Positions 28,888-37,275 of a stretch of 64,000 bases of DNA are shown here, in pieces (position 1 is the stretch's first letter; each line of letters begins with the position of its first letter). The notes under the pieces were generated by a model. It did not search any database. It was given only the letters and a program-made list of their open reading frames with translations, and was not told the DNA's origin. The position numbers and the translations under genes are program-made. This DNA comes from Candidatus Methanomethylophilaceae archaeon (GTDB lineage Archaea; Thermoplasmatota; Thermoplasmata; Methanomassiliicoccales; Methanomethylophilaceae): contig CALUHR010000009.1 in assembly GCA_944320495.1 (NCBI GenBank), positions 64,001 to 128,000 on the forward strand, given 5' to 3'.

Positions 28888-29451
28888 ATGGTCCGGACTC
28901 GCCTCCATATCCTGGTGAATTCAGTGGAGGTAGTCGTTGAGAAGTACAATCCCTGGAAGAACTCGATGGTGTCGGGAGTGCTCCTGCTCATCGTCGGTAT
29001 CCTTCTCGCCGCCCTTCAGGGCGAGGGTCTCAAATGGATCATCATCCTCGCCGGGGTCCTCATGCTCGTGTACGGAGCGCTGTCCATCTACGATACGTAC
29101 AGCTCCGGATTCAAGTTCGGAATGACCATGGGCATAGTGGTCGCCGTCATAGGTCTGGTCCTGATCATCGTCCCCAACCTCATCGCGGACATCGCGATGG
29201 CCCTGCTCGCCCTGCTGCTCATAATCATTGGTCTGATGTCGCTACTGGGGGCGGCGCCGGGATTCGCTATAGCGTCCGGATCGAGGTTCGTGTCGATAAT
29301 CGTCGGGGCGATCTTCATCGTCCTCGGTGTTGTCGCCATATTCAACCTGGACGACACCGCCGACGTGATAATGATCGTCATCGGGGTCATGACCGCCCTC
29401 ATGGGTCTGCTCCAGATCTTCAGCTCCTACCAGCTCAAGAAGGTCTGCTGA
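28888..29451 (+). CDS. HdeD/DUF308-family membrane protein
   Basis: Repeated GVLLLIVG..P / GAIFIVLG TM pairs; start uncertain (GTG 28915 or 28924 possible). Confidence 0.75.
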   Translation: MVRTRLHILVNSVEVVVEKYNPWKNSMVSGVLLLIVGILLAALQGEGLKWIIILAGVLMLVYGALSIYDTYSSGFKFGMTMGIVVAVIGLVLIIVPNLIADIAMALLALLLIIIGLMSLLGAAPGFAIASGSRFVSIIVGAIFIVLGVVAIFNLDDTADVIMIVIGVMTALMGLLQIFSSYQLKKVC

Positions 29452-29486
29452 AACGGTTTCCGGGAAGGGGGTGTGTCCCCTCCCCA

Positions 29487-29768
29487 TCACTTCTGTCCCG
29501 TGATCTTGATCACGTGGTATCCGAACTCGGTCTGAACCGGTCCTACGACGTCGCCGGTCTTCCCGGCGAAGCAGGCGTCCTCGAAGGGCTTGACCATCTG
29601 TCCCTTGGCGAACCATCCGAGGTCCCCTCCCTTGGCCTTGGAGGGGCATTTGGAGAACCTCTTCGCCAGGGTGGCGAAGTCCTCGCCCTTGGCGAGGCGG
29701 TCCATGATGCTCTGGGCGTCCTTCTCGTTCGGTACGAGGATGTGCGAAGCGCGTACGGTCTTGACCAT
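29487..29768 (-). CDS. Parvulin-type peptidyl-prolyl isomerase
   Basis: VRASHILV, FATLAKRFSKCPS, GGDLGWF, MVKPFEDA, TEFGYHVIK. Confidence 0.95.
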   Translation of the reverse strand: MVKTVRASHILVPNEKDAQSIMDRLAKGEDFATLAKRFSKCPSKAKGGDLGWFAKGQMVKPFEDACFAGKTGDVVGPVQTEFGYHVIKITGQK

Positions 29769-29895
29769 GCCGACGTGAATCGGCACGGACGATATAATGC
29801 TCCCGTCCGACATCCGATTCAACGCCGTTAACTGGCCTTCATTCCGACCGGTTCCCACCCAGTTCCTTAAATCAGAGGACGTCGACCCTCGGGTC

Positions 29896-30669
29896 ATGAT
29901 ATTCGTCTTCTCCGGCACGGGGAACTCGTACGCGGCCGCCAAGCGCATCTCCGAAGCCATCGGCTCCGGCATGATCGACATCGCCGCGGCGGTGAGGTAC
30001 AAGCGCTACACCTACGACGCCAAGGGAGAGCCCGTCGGGTTCGTGTTCCCCACCTACTACTACGGGCTCCCGCGCATGGTCCTCGAGTTCGCCAGGAACG
30101 TCACAGTCCTGAACCCCGGCAGGGTGTTCGCCGTGACCACCTGCGGGGAGGAGTCCGGAGGGGCCTGCGAGATGCTCGCCGAGGAGCTCGGCAGTCGTCT
30201 GAGGGTCGATGCATCCTACGACGTGGTCATGCCCGACAACTCCGTCTTCGCCTTCGACCCCCCGACAAAGGAGCAGGCGGAGGAGACGCTGAGGGCCGCC
30301 GACGCCGAGATCGACCGCATCATAGGGTCCATCAAGGCGGGTGAGTCGGGAGACATGTGCGCCCACAAGGGTGACAAGGACTGGAGGGAGATCTATGCGC
30401 TCTACGACGAGCAGCGCGTGACGGAGCCCTTCAGGATCACCGACGCCTGCATCGAGTGCAGGATCTGCGAGGACATCTGCCCGGAGCAGATCATCAAGGT
30501 CTACCACAGGAAGCCGGTCTGGGACGAGGAGAAGTGCTCCCTCTGCATGGCCTGCATCCAGATGTGCCCCAAGGGGGCGATAGAGTACGGCGATGCCACG
30601 GTGAACCGCGGCAGGTACTACAACCCAATCTTCTACGAGAGGACCATCGGGATACCGCTGAAGTACCGA
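29896..30669 (+). CDS. EFR1-family ferrodoxin (flavodoxin + 2x[4Fe-4S])
   Basis: VFSGTGNS, GFVFPTY, MPDN, CIECRICEDICP, CSLCMACIQMCP; CGA 30667-30669 after ..IPLKY; standard-code stop 30717. Confidence 0.9.
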
Positions 30670-30722
30670 TCGCGCTCGGCACGAAGAAATACGGTGCTCG
30701 CGTTGGGGGTCACGTGAATCCC

Positions 30723-32057
30723 ATGGGCTTCAGGGAAGACAGCAACATTCCGGCGGGGCCGCTCAATCCGGACGGCCAGAGGTTCGAGACGGTCATGCTC
30801 CACGCAGGGCAGGAGACCCCGGACCCGTCGACGGGCGCCCGCGCGACGCCGCTCTATCTGACCACATCCTACGTCTTCGGCAGCTGCGACGAGGCGGCCG
30901 ACATCTTCGCGATGAGGAAGCCCGGGAACATATACTCCCGTCTCACGAACCCCACCACGGAGGCCTTCGAGAGGCGCATAGCCGCCCTGGAGGGCGCAAC
31001 GGCCGCCCTGGCCGTCGCATCCGGTGCGGCGGCCATCGCGTACGTGGTCGAGAATCTGACCCGCACGGGCGATCACATCGTCTCCGCCAACACGATCTAT
31101 GGCGGGACCTTCAACTACTTCCAGCACGGGATAAGGGCCCACGGCGTGGAATGCACGTTCGTAGATCCGACGCAGCCCGGGACCGTCGGGAACTTCGAGG
31201 ATGCCATCAGGGAGAACACGAGGATGGTCTTCGTAGAGACCATCGGAAACCCCAACGCCAACCTGATCGATATCGACGCGCTGGCGGAAATGTGTCATTC
31301 CCACGGCGTGCCGCTCGTGGTCGACAACACCTTCGCCACCCCGTACCTGTTCAGGCCGCTGGACCACGGCGCCGACATCGTCATCGAGTCTGCCACCAAG
31401 TTCATCGGCGGGCACGGCGCCGTCCTAGGAGGGGTGATAGCGGAGAACGGCAGGTTCGACTGGGAGGGGTCCGGCAGGTTCCCCTGGATGTCGGAGCCCG
31501 ATCCGAGCTACCACGGCGTGTCCTTCACCGGGGCATTCCAGGATTCTCCTGTGTGCAATCGCATCCGCGCCCTGATTCTCAGGGACATGGGCGCATGCAT
31601 CTCTCCGTTCAACTCCTTCGCCCTCATGCTGGGCCTCGAGACGCTTTCCCTGAGGGTGGAGCGTCATGTGTACAACGCGCAGCGCGTGGTCGAGTTCCTG
31701 AGGGACCATCCCAAGGTCGAGCGCGTGAACCATCCGATGCTGGAGGACCATCCGGACCACACCCTGTACGAGCGCTACTTCCCGAACGGCGCGGGGTCCA
31801 TCTTCACCATAGAGACTGCCGGGGGCAAGGAGGGGGCGAAGCGCTTCGCCGACTCGCTGAGGATGTTCTCACTCCTTGCCAATGTCGCCGACATGAAGTC
31901 GCTGGTCATCCACCCCGCAGGCACCACGCACTCGCAGATGACCGAGGAGGAGCTCCGCGACGCCGGCATAGGCCCGTCCACCGTCCGTCTATCGATCGGA
32001 TGCGAGAACGCGGAGGACATAATCGCCGACCTGTCCCAGGCTCTGGACAGGATCTGA
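30723..32057 (+). CDS. metY: O-acetylhomoserine aminocarboxypropyltransferase
   Basis: [58 protein letters not shown]. Confidence 0.93.
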   Translation: MGFREDSNIPAGPLNPDGQRFETVMLHAGQETPDPSTGARATPLYLTTSYVFGSCDEAADIFAMRKPGNIYSRLTNPTTEAFERRIAALEGATAALAVASGAAAIAYVVENLTRTGDHIVSANTIYGGTFNYFQHGIRAHGVECTFVDPTQPGTVGNFEDAIRENTRMVFVETIGNPNANLIDIDALAEMCHSHGVPLVVDNTFATPYLFRPLDHGADIVIESATKFIGGHGAVLGGVIAENGRFDWEGSGRFPWMSEPDPSYHGVSFTGAFQDSPVCNRIRALILRDMGACISPFNSFALMLGLETLSLRVERHVYNAQRVVEFLRDHPKVERVNHPMLEDHPDHTLYERYFPNGAGSIFTIETAGGKEGAKRFADSLRMFSLLANVADMKSLVIHPAGTTHSQMTEEELRDAGIGPSTVRLSIGCENAEDIIADLSQALDRI

Positions 32058-32122
32058 CGTTTCCGGGGCGGGTCCGCCCGCCCCTCGTACAGTATTTAAT
32101 CGGTCCCACCATTAACCTTGCA

Positions 32123-33619
32123 ATGAATGGGACTAACAAGGCGACCGTGGGGGTCGTCTTCGGGATTGCACTCTTGTTCGCGGCCCTGTCGCTGATGCTC
32201 ACCCTGATGGGCATCATCGAAGACGGGACGCTCTCCCTGTACCTCTTCGCCCCACACGGAGGGGAGCTGGGAATAGACCTGGCAGAGGTGCCGGGTCTGG
32301 AATACATCGTATCGCTCTACGCCGACTTCGTCGCCCTGTTCGGTGACGATATGGTCCAGGCGGCCATCGTCGCCGTCGGGTTCGTCCTCTCCGTCATCGG
32401 GATGGTCACGCCCTGGTCGTTGGGCGTGAAGGGGACCGACAACCCGGCGCAGTACCTGTGGACCCAGAGGCCCAAGGCCACCATCCGCGCCCTCGGCGCC
32501 CCCTGGGGTCTCATCCCCGCGGCCGCATCGAAGCACAAGGCGCTCGCCATCGTGCCGATCGTCCTGCTGCCGTTCTATGCGGTCTGGTCTCTCCTCATCA
32601 CGGTCTTCATGATCATCCCCTACGCCATCGTCAAGGGGGTCATCGGCGGAAGGGTCCGGTCCGCGGCCAAGAGGGAGGACAGGGCCTTCGGGCAGTCCTT
32701 CTCCGTCTGCCCCAAGTGCAAGCGCAACTTCTCCAGGCCGAAGGTCAGGTGCAGGTGCGGGCTCATCCTGGACTACCCCGTGCCCAACGAGTACGGGTAC
32801 AAGGTACATACGTGCAACAACGGGCACGACCTCCCCTGCATTCACGGGAGGAGAGGGGACCTCGTCACCGTCTGCCCGTACTGCGACGCCGAGATCGACA
32901 CCCGCGAGTCCATACCGGTCTCCATCGCGATGGTCGGAGCCGTCGGCGCCGGGAAGACCACCATGATGCTGGCCGCCGTCGGCACGATAACCCAGGTGGC
33001 CAGGTCCAGGGACGTGGCCGTGGAGGCCATCACGCCCGGCGTCTCCAAGCAGGCCGTGGCCGCCAAGGACGTCGTCGCCAAGACCGCATCCGGCGAGCTG
33101 GACTCGGAGTGCCTGTTCCTCCGCTCGAGGGACATGGCCGACCGTCAGCTCATCATCAACGACATCTCCGGTGTGGAGTTCGAGCCGAGGGACGGGAAGG
33201 TCCTCTTTGAGGAGTACTACACCTACTCCGACGGGATCGTGTTCGTGTTCGACCCGGTGTCCCTGGAGCACGGAGGCAGGGGCGCTACCCCGATGGACGT
33301 CTTCGAGTCGTTCCACAGCATGTTCACCCAGATCAACGGCGTCGGGCCCGGGTCCGTATCCAGGATCCCCTTCGCCGTCGTGGCCTCGAGGAACGACGTG
33401 ATGTCCCCGCCTCTGCAGAACGCCAACGTGAGGAAGTTCCTGATCGACAACGGCCAGGAGGGCTTCGTCAAGGTGCTCGAGTCCGTCTTCAGCGATGTGC
33501 GCTACTTCGCTGCATCATCCGTCGGAGAGGACTGCAAGTCAGCCGCCGCGCCTTTCTGGTGGATCGTCGGCAAGAGCGACCAGGAGCTGGCGTCCAGGGT
33601 GCCGGTCCTGTCGGTCTGA
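32123..33619 (+). CDS. Membrane protein with Cys-rich zinc-binding segment and C-terminal TRAFAC-type GTPase domain
   Basis: N-terminal TM helices; CPKC..CRC..CNNGH..CPYC; G1 VGAVGAGKTT, G3 INDISG, G4-like VASRND. Confidence 0.8.
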   Translation: MNGTNKATVGVVFGIALLFAALSLMLTLMGIIEDGTLSLYLFAPHGGELGIDLAEVPGLEYIVSLYADFVALFGDDMVQAAIVAVGFVLSVIGMVTPWSLGVKGTDNPAQYLWTQRPKATIRALGAPWGLIPAAASKHKALAIVPIVLLPFYAVWSLLITVFMIIPYAIVKGVIGGRVRSAAKREDRAFGQSFSVCPKCKRNFSRPKVRCRCGLILDYPVPNEYGYKVHTCNNGHDLPCIHGRRGDLVTVCPYCDAEIDTRESIPVSIAMVGAVGAGKTTMMLAAVGTITQVARSRDVAVEAITPGVSKQAVAAKDVVAKTASGELDSECLFLRSRDMADRQLIINDISGVEFEPRDGKVLFEEYYTYSDGIVFVFDPVSLEHGGRGATPMDVFESFHSMFTQINGVGPGSVSRIPFAVVASRNDVMSPPLQNANVRKFLIDNGQEGFVKVLESVFSDVRYFAASSVGEDCKSAAAPFWWIVGKSDQELASRVPVLSV

Positions 33620-33631
33620 AAACACATCCAT

Positions 33632-33647
33632 GCCCCCGCGAGGGGGC
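33632..33647 (+). terminator. GC hairpin after the GTPase gene
   Basis: GCCCCC-GCGA-GGGGGC. Confidence 0.45.
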
Positions 33648-33835
33648 GAATTCTCCTCTTCTCGATCTACGACAACGGGTCGACGTGCCCCGATGTGCCA
33701 GAAGGTCCAGGTCTTGCCGAGGGCGTTTCCAGAACTGGCAGAATGTACAATATTGTATTTGCCCATGTGCCAGTATATTATATGTTCGATAGTTGCAATC
33801 GGATTCGATTTATAGGGTCAGTGTGACTTTGGGCC

Positions 33836-35074
33836 ATGGCACTAAGAGAGGTCTACGAAAAGTGGACATCCATCAATCTTGTAGTGCGCATTGTCGCCGG
33901 TCTTCTGGCCGGCATCGTCCTCGCGCTGATCGTGCCGAACATCGATCCCCTGATCATGCTCGGCGAACTGTTCGTCGGCGCGCTGAAGGCAATCGCACCC
34001 ATCCTGGTCTTCGCCCTGGTCCTGAGCGCCTTGGCGGCCTCCAAACCCGGTCTCGGTACCAAGTTCAGGGTCGTCATGATTCTGTACATAGGCAGCACCG
34101 TCGTCGCCGCCACCGTGTCCGTGCTCATGAGCTACGCCTTCCCCATCGAGGTTACACTGCCTCTCGAGGGGGGCACCCCGCCCGAGGTCAACGACACCTG
34201 GACCCTCATCAGGGGCCTCATCGTCGGGATCTTCACCAACCCCGTGACCGCTCTCATGGACGCCAACTACCTGAGCATCCTGTTCTGGGCGGCCATATTC
34301 GGCCTCGTCATGAAGCAGTTCGGCAACGAGACCACCAAGTCCCTGGCCGCCGACATCGGAAACCTCGTCACCAGGGTCATCAGGATCATCATCGAGTTCG
34401 CCGCCATCGGAGTCTTCGGACTCATCTACGGCACCATCTCCACCAGCGGACTCGGCGTCCTCCTCGACTACGGGGCGCTCATCGTGCTGCTCGTGGCCTG
34501 CATGTGCATCGTCATGTTCATCACCAACCCGCTCATCGGCGCGGTGCTGATGCGCAGGAACCCCTACAGGCTCCTCTTCAAGTGCCTGAGGGAGAGCGCC
34601 GTCATGGCCTTCTTCACCAGGAGCTCCGCCGCCAACATCCCCGTCAACATGAAGCTGTGCGAGGACATGGGCCTTAACAAGGACTTCTACTCCGTCTCGA
34701 TCCCCCTGGGAGCGACCATCAACATGAATGGAGCGGCGGTCACCATCACCGTCCTGTCCCTGAGTCTGGCCTTCACGCTCGGCATGGACGTCCCTCCGGC
34801 GATGGCAGTGATCCTCTGCATCATCGCCACCATCGCCGCGTGCGGAGCCTCCGGGGTTCCCAGCGGATCCCTCATGCTGATCCCCATGGCCTGCTCCATG
34901 CTCAGTATCGACAACGCCACGGCCATGCTGATGGTCAGTGTCGGACTGATCATCGGAGTCATCCAGGATTCCCTCGAGACCGCCCTCAACTCCTCCGCCG
35001 ACGCATACTTCACGGCAGTGGCCGAGGTCGTCGACGCCCGCTCGAAGGGAGAGGACCTGGAGCTCAAGCTCTGA
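33836..35074 (+). CDS. sstT: Serine/threonine:Na+ symporter
   Basis: FVGALKAIAPILVF, AFFTRSSAANIPVN, IPLGATINMNGAA, ACGASGVPSGSL, ETALNSSAD. Confidence 0.92.
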   Translation: MALREVYEKWTSINLVVRIVAGLLAGIVLALIVPNIDPLIMLGELFVGALKAIAPILVFALVLSALAASKPGLGTKFRVVMILYIGSTVVAATVSVLMSYAFPIEVTLPLEGGTPPEVNDTWTLIRGLIVGIFTNPVTALMDANYLSILFWAAIFGLVMKQFGNETTKSLAADIGNLVTRVIRIIIEFAAIGVFGLIYGTISTSGLGVLLDYGALIVLLVACMCIVMFITNPLIGAVLMRRNPYRLLFKCLRESAVMAFFTRSSAANIPVNMKLCEDMGLNKDFYSVSIPLGATINMNGAAVTITVLSLSLAFTLGMDVPPAMAVILCIIATIAACGASGVPSGSLMLIPMACSMLSIDNATAMLMVSVGLIIGVIQDSLETALNSSADAYFTAVAEVVDARSKGEDLELKL

Positions 35075-35314
35075 AACCGGTTTCCAAACGCTCGGCTGGG
35101 AACGGCCGGGCGAACTTCCCTTCCTTGTTTCCGTTCATCCGGATCTTCGCATCATGCTCCCGGGCATCCGGCTCTTCATGACGTGATGATGTCAGTGTCA
35201 CTGACGAACGATGTGTCCCTCTAGGAATCGTCTCCATGTTTCCGGAATGCTCGGGGACCTCCCCCTAATGTCCGTATGCCGAAGTGGCAGGAGATCGAAT
35301 ATGGGGAATACCGA

Positions 35315-35467
35315 ATGCAACACCGGACGGAGGGGATCCCGATGCCAGCGGTGGACGGGCCTCCCTGTCCGGTATGCGGCAGCAGGGAATGGAACAGCGA
35401 GAAGTGCTCCCGGGGGATCATCATGAACTGCCTGGGATGTCGGTACAGGTATCTGATCCCTATATGA
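35315..35467 (+). CDS. Small zinc-ribbon protein
   Basis: CPVCGS...CLGC; the ORF from 35276 has CGA at 35312 immediately before ATG 35315. Confidence 0.45.
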   Translation: MQHRTEGIPMPAVDGPPCPVCGSREWNSEKCSRGIIMNCLGCRYRYLIPI

Positions 35468-35581
35468 GGAACCGGTCCAGGACCGTGATTCCTTCCTATC
35501 AAACCTCTATATAAAAAGGCGGTGAAGACAAACCTTTCTCTTCACTGCCTTCATTATATTACAAAACAAGTCAACCTCGTC

Positions 35582-36745
35582 ATGCCGTCCTACAAGCAGC
35601 ATGACACGGAAGCCATGGTCTTCAGGGAGTACGCAAGGCCGCTCTGCGGCAGCAGGTTCAATCCCATCTACGGGGAGCCGGAACTCCTGTACTCGATGAT
35701 GATGGGCCTCGCACTGAGGGCGAACCTCGACACCATCGAGACGGTGGATGCCTCCGAGAAGAAGCACAAGGTCAACTGCAACGCTGAGAGGTACTCTGCG
35801 ATATGCAAGAATGTTGCACTTGACCTCTCCGGTAAGTCGAGGACCGGAAACGCCCTGTCTGCCCTGAACAGTCACATCACCGACACGTTCCCATATCTCA
35901 TCTCCTTCCTCCCCCGTTTGGTGAGGGCGTCGATCGGTGTCGAACCAGCGGATTCCTGCAGTCACAAGGTGCTCATCGACCGCATCATGGACCGTGACCC
36001 ACACCTCTTCAGGATGATGCCGGGGGACCTTGCCCACACTGACGTATCCCCCGACGGGATGGGGATCTGCGACTACGTCAGGAGCCCGATGTTCCGCAGA
36101 CTGAGGGAGAACTCGGTCCTCTCGATCGCATTCGACAGACGTCTCGTCCAGATCCCAGACATGCCTGCCGACCACGGCAAGTTCACGCTCAGGTCCGATC
36201 TGGAGGACGCCATCGCGATGGGGGCCATCGTCTCCGGATGCATGGATGTCGGCGACTCGACATCGGACAAGATCCGCGGGAGGTCCATGTCCATCATCAC
36301 CGACTCCGGCCGTCTCGCATCGATGATGATCCCTGACGGGTTCGCCGCAGGGGTCCGTCACGACATCGCGGTGGTCGGGCGCATGGACACCGTACCCGGA
36401 GGTGTGATCGGGAGGGGGAGGCGCATCTCAAGGTTCTGCACCGAGTACAGCATCGAAGGAGGTGCCGTCCTCCGTGAGTTCAACGTGTCACCGGAGAACG
36501 CGACGATCGTCAGGAGGGCGATGGGCGACGGTGCCGTGATCGTCACTGCCAGGGAGATGTCCGGGCTGGATGCGGACATCGTGAGCGCTCTGGGACCGTC
36601 CTACAGGCAGGCCCTGACCACGATGGAGGCAGTCGACATACACCTGATGAGGGGCGATCGCTCCGATGCGGACAGGGTCCTGGTGCCCAGAATCTCCGAA
36701 GCGTTCGGAATCCGTGCGAAGGAGGCTGAGGGATGGAGCCTCTGA
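35582..36745 (+). CDS. Hypothetical protein (island)
   Basis: 387-aa ORF, no family recognised; overlaps the TBP-like gene by 13 nt. Confidence 0.7.
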   Translation: MPSYKQHDTEAMVFREYARPLCGSRFNPIYGEPELLYSMMMGLALRANLDTIETVDASEKKHKVNCNAERYSAICKNVALDLSGKSRTGNALSALNSHITDTFPYLISFLPRLVRASIGVEPADSCSHKVLIDRIMDRDPHLFRMMPGDLAHTDVSPDGMGICDYVRSPMFRRLRENSVLSIAFDRRLVQIPDMPADHGKFTLRSDLEDAIAMGAIVSGCMDVGDSTSDKIRGRSMSIITDSGRLASMMIPDGFAAGVRHDIAVVGRMDTVPGGVIGRGRRISRFCTEYSIEGGAVLREFNVSPENATIVRRAMGDGAVIVTAREMSGLDADIVSALGPSYRQALTTMEAVDIHLMRGDRSDADRVLVPRISEAFGIRAKEAEGWSL

Positions 36746-37245
36746 GCGTCACATACTTCGCATCCGGACGTCTCTCCCGCAGGGTGGACATCGGTGTCCT
36801 GGAGATGTACGCCTGCTTCGAGACCGTCCTCAGGCCGAGATGTGCCGTCGCACGGTTCGACGAGGGGAGCATACGCGTGAACGCCTCCGGCTCCGTCTCG
36901 GTGTCGGCCGCTTCCGTCGAGGATGTCGAAGGCATCCTGGGATGGGCGGAGGACGCCCTCTCCCGGGTCCTCGGTCCGACGGAGGTCGTATCGTGGGAAG
37001 TGACCAACGTATCGGCCGTCTCGTCGCTGGGAAGGAGGGTGGACCTCATGGAGGTACACAGGGGACTCCCCCGCGGGGTATCGGACTACGATCCTGAGTA
37101 CCATCCGGCGCTAGTCGTCAGGATGGGGGACGGCCTGGTGGCCAGCGTCTACTCCAACGGTTCAGTCTCGATCACGGGCGGGAGGTCGTTGGAAGACATC
37201 CAAAAGGGATTGGACGGATTGGAGAGAATCGTCTCCACTCTCTAA
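36733..37245 (+). CDS. Divergent TATA-binding-protein-like protein
   Basis: VTNVSAVSSLGRRVDL..YDPEYHPALVVR..VYSNGSVSITGGRSLED matches the TBP repeat; N-terminal repeat degenerate. Confidence 0.75.
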   Translation: MEPLSVTYFASGRLSRRVDIGVLEMYACFETVLRPRCAVARFDEGSIRVNASGSVSVSAASVEDVEGILGWAEDALSRVLGPTEVVSWEVTNVSAVSSLGRRVDLMEVHRGLPRGVSDYDPEYHPALVVRMGDGLVASVYSNGSVSITGGRSLEDIQKGLDGLERIVSTL

Positions 37246-37275
37246 TCTCTTAAATTCCAAGGAGCATCCTCTCTC

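Noticed and set aside
35183-35205. GTGATGA...CTGA (C/D-box-like) and the GTCAGTG-T-CACTGAC palindrome at the island's left edge
   Set aside because: No second C'/D box pair follows, so a guide sRNA is unsupported; no matching copy at the right edge, so an att site is unsupported.
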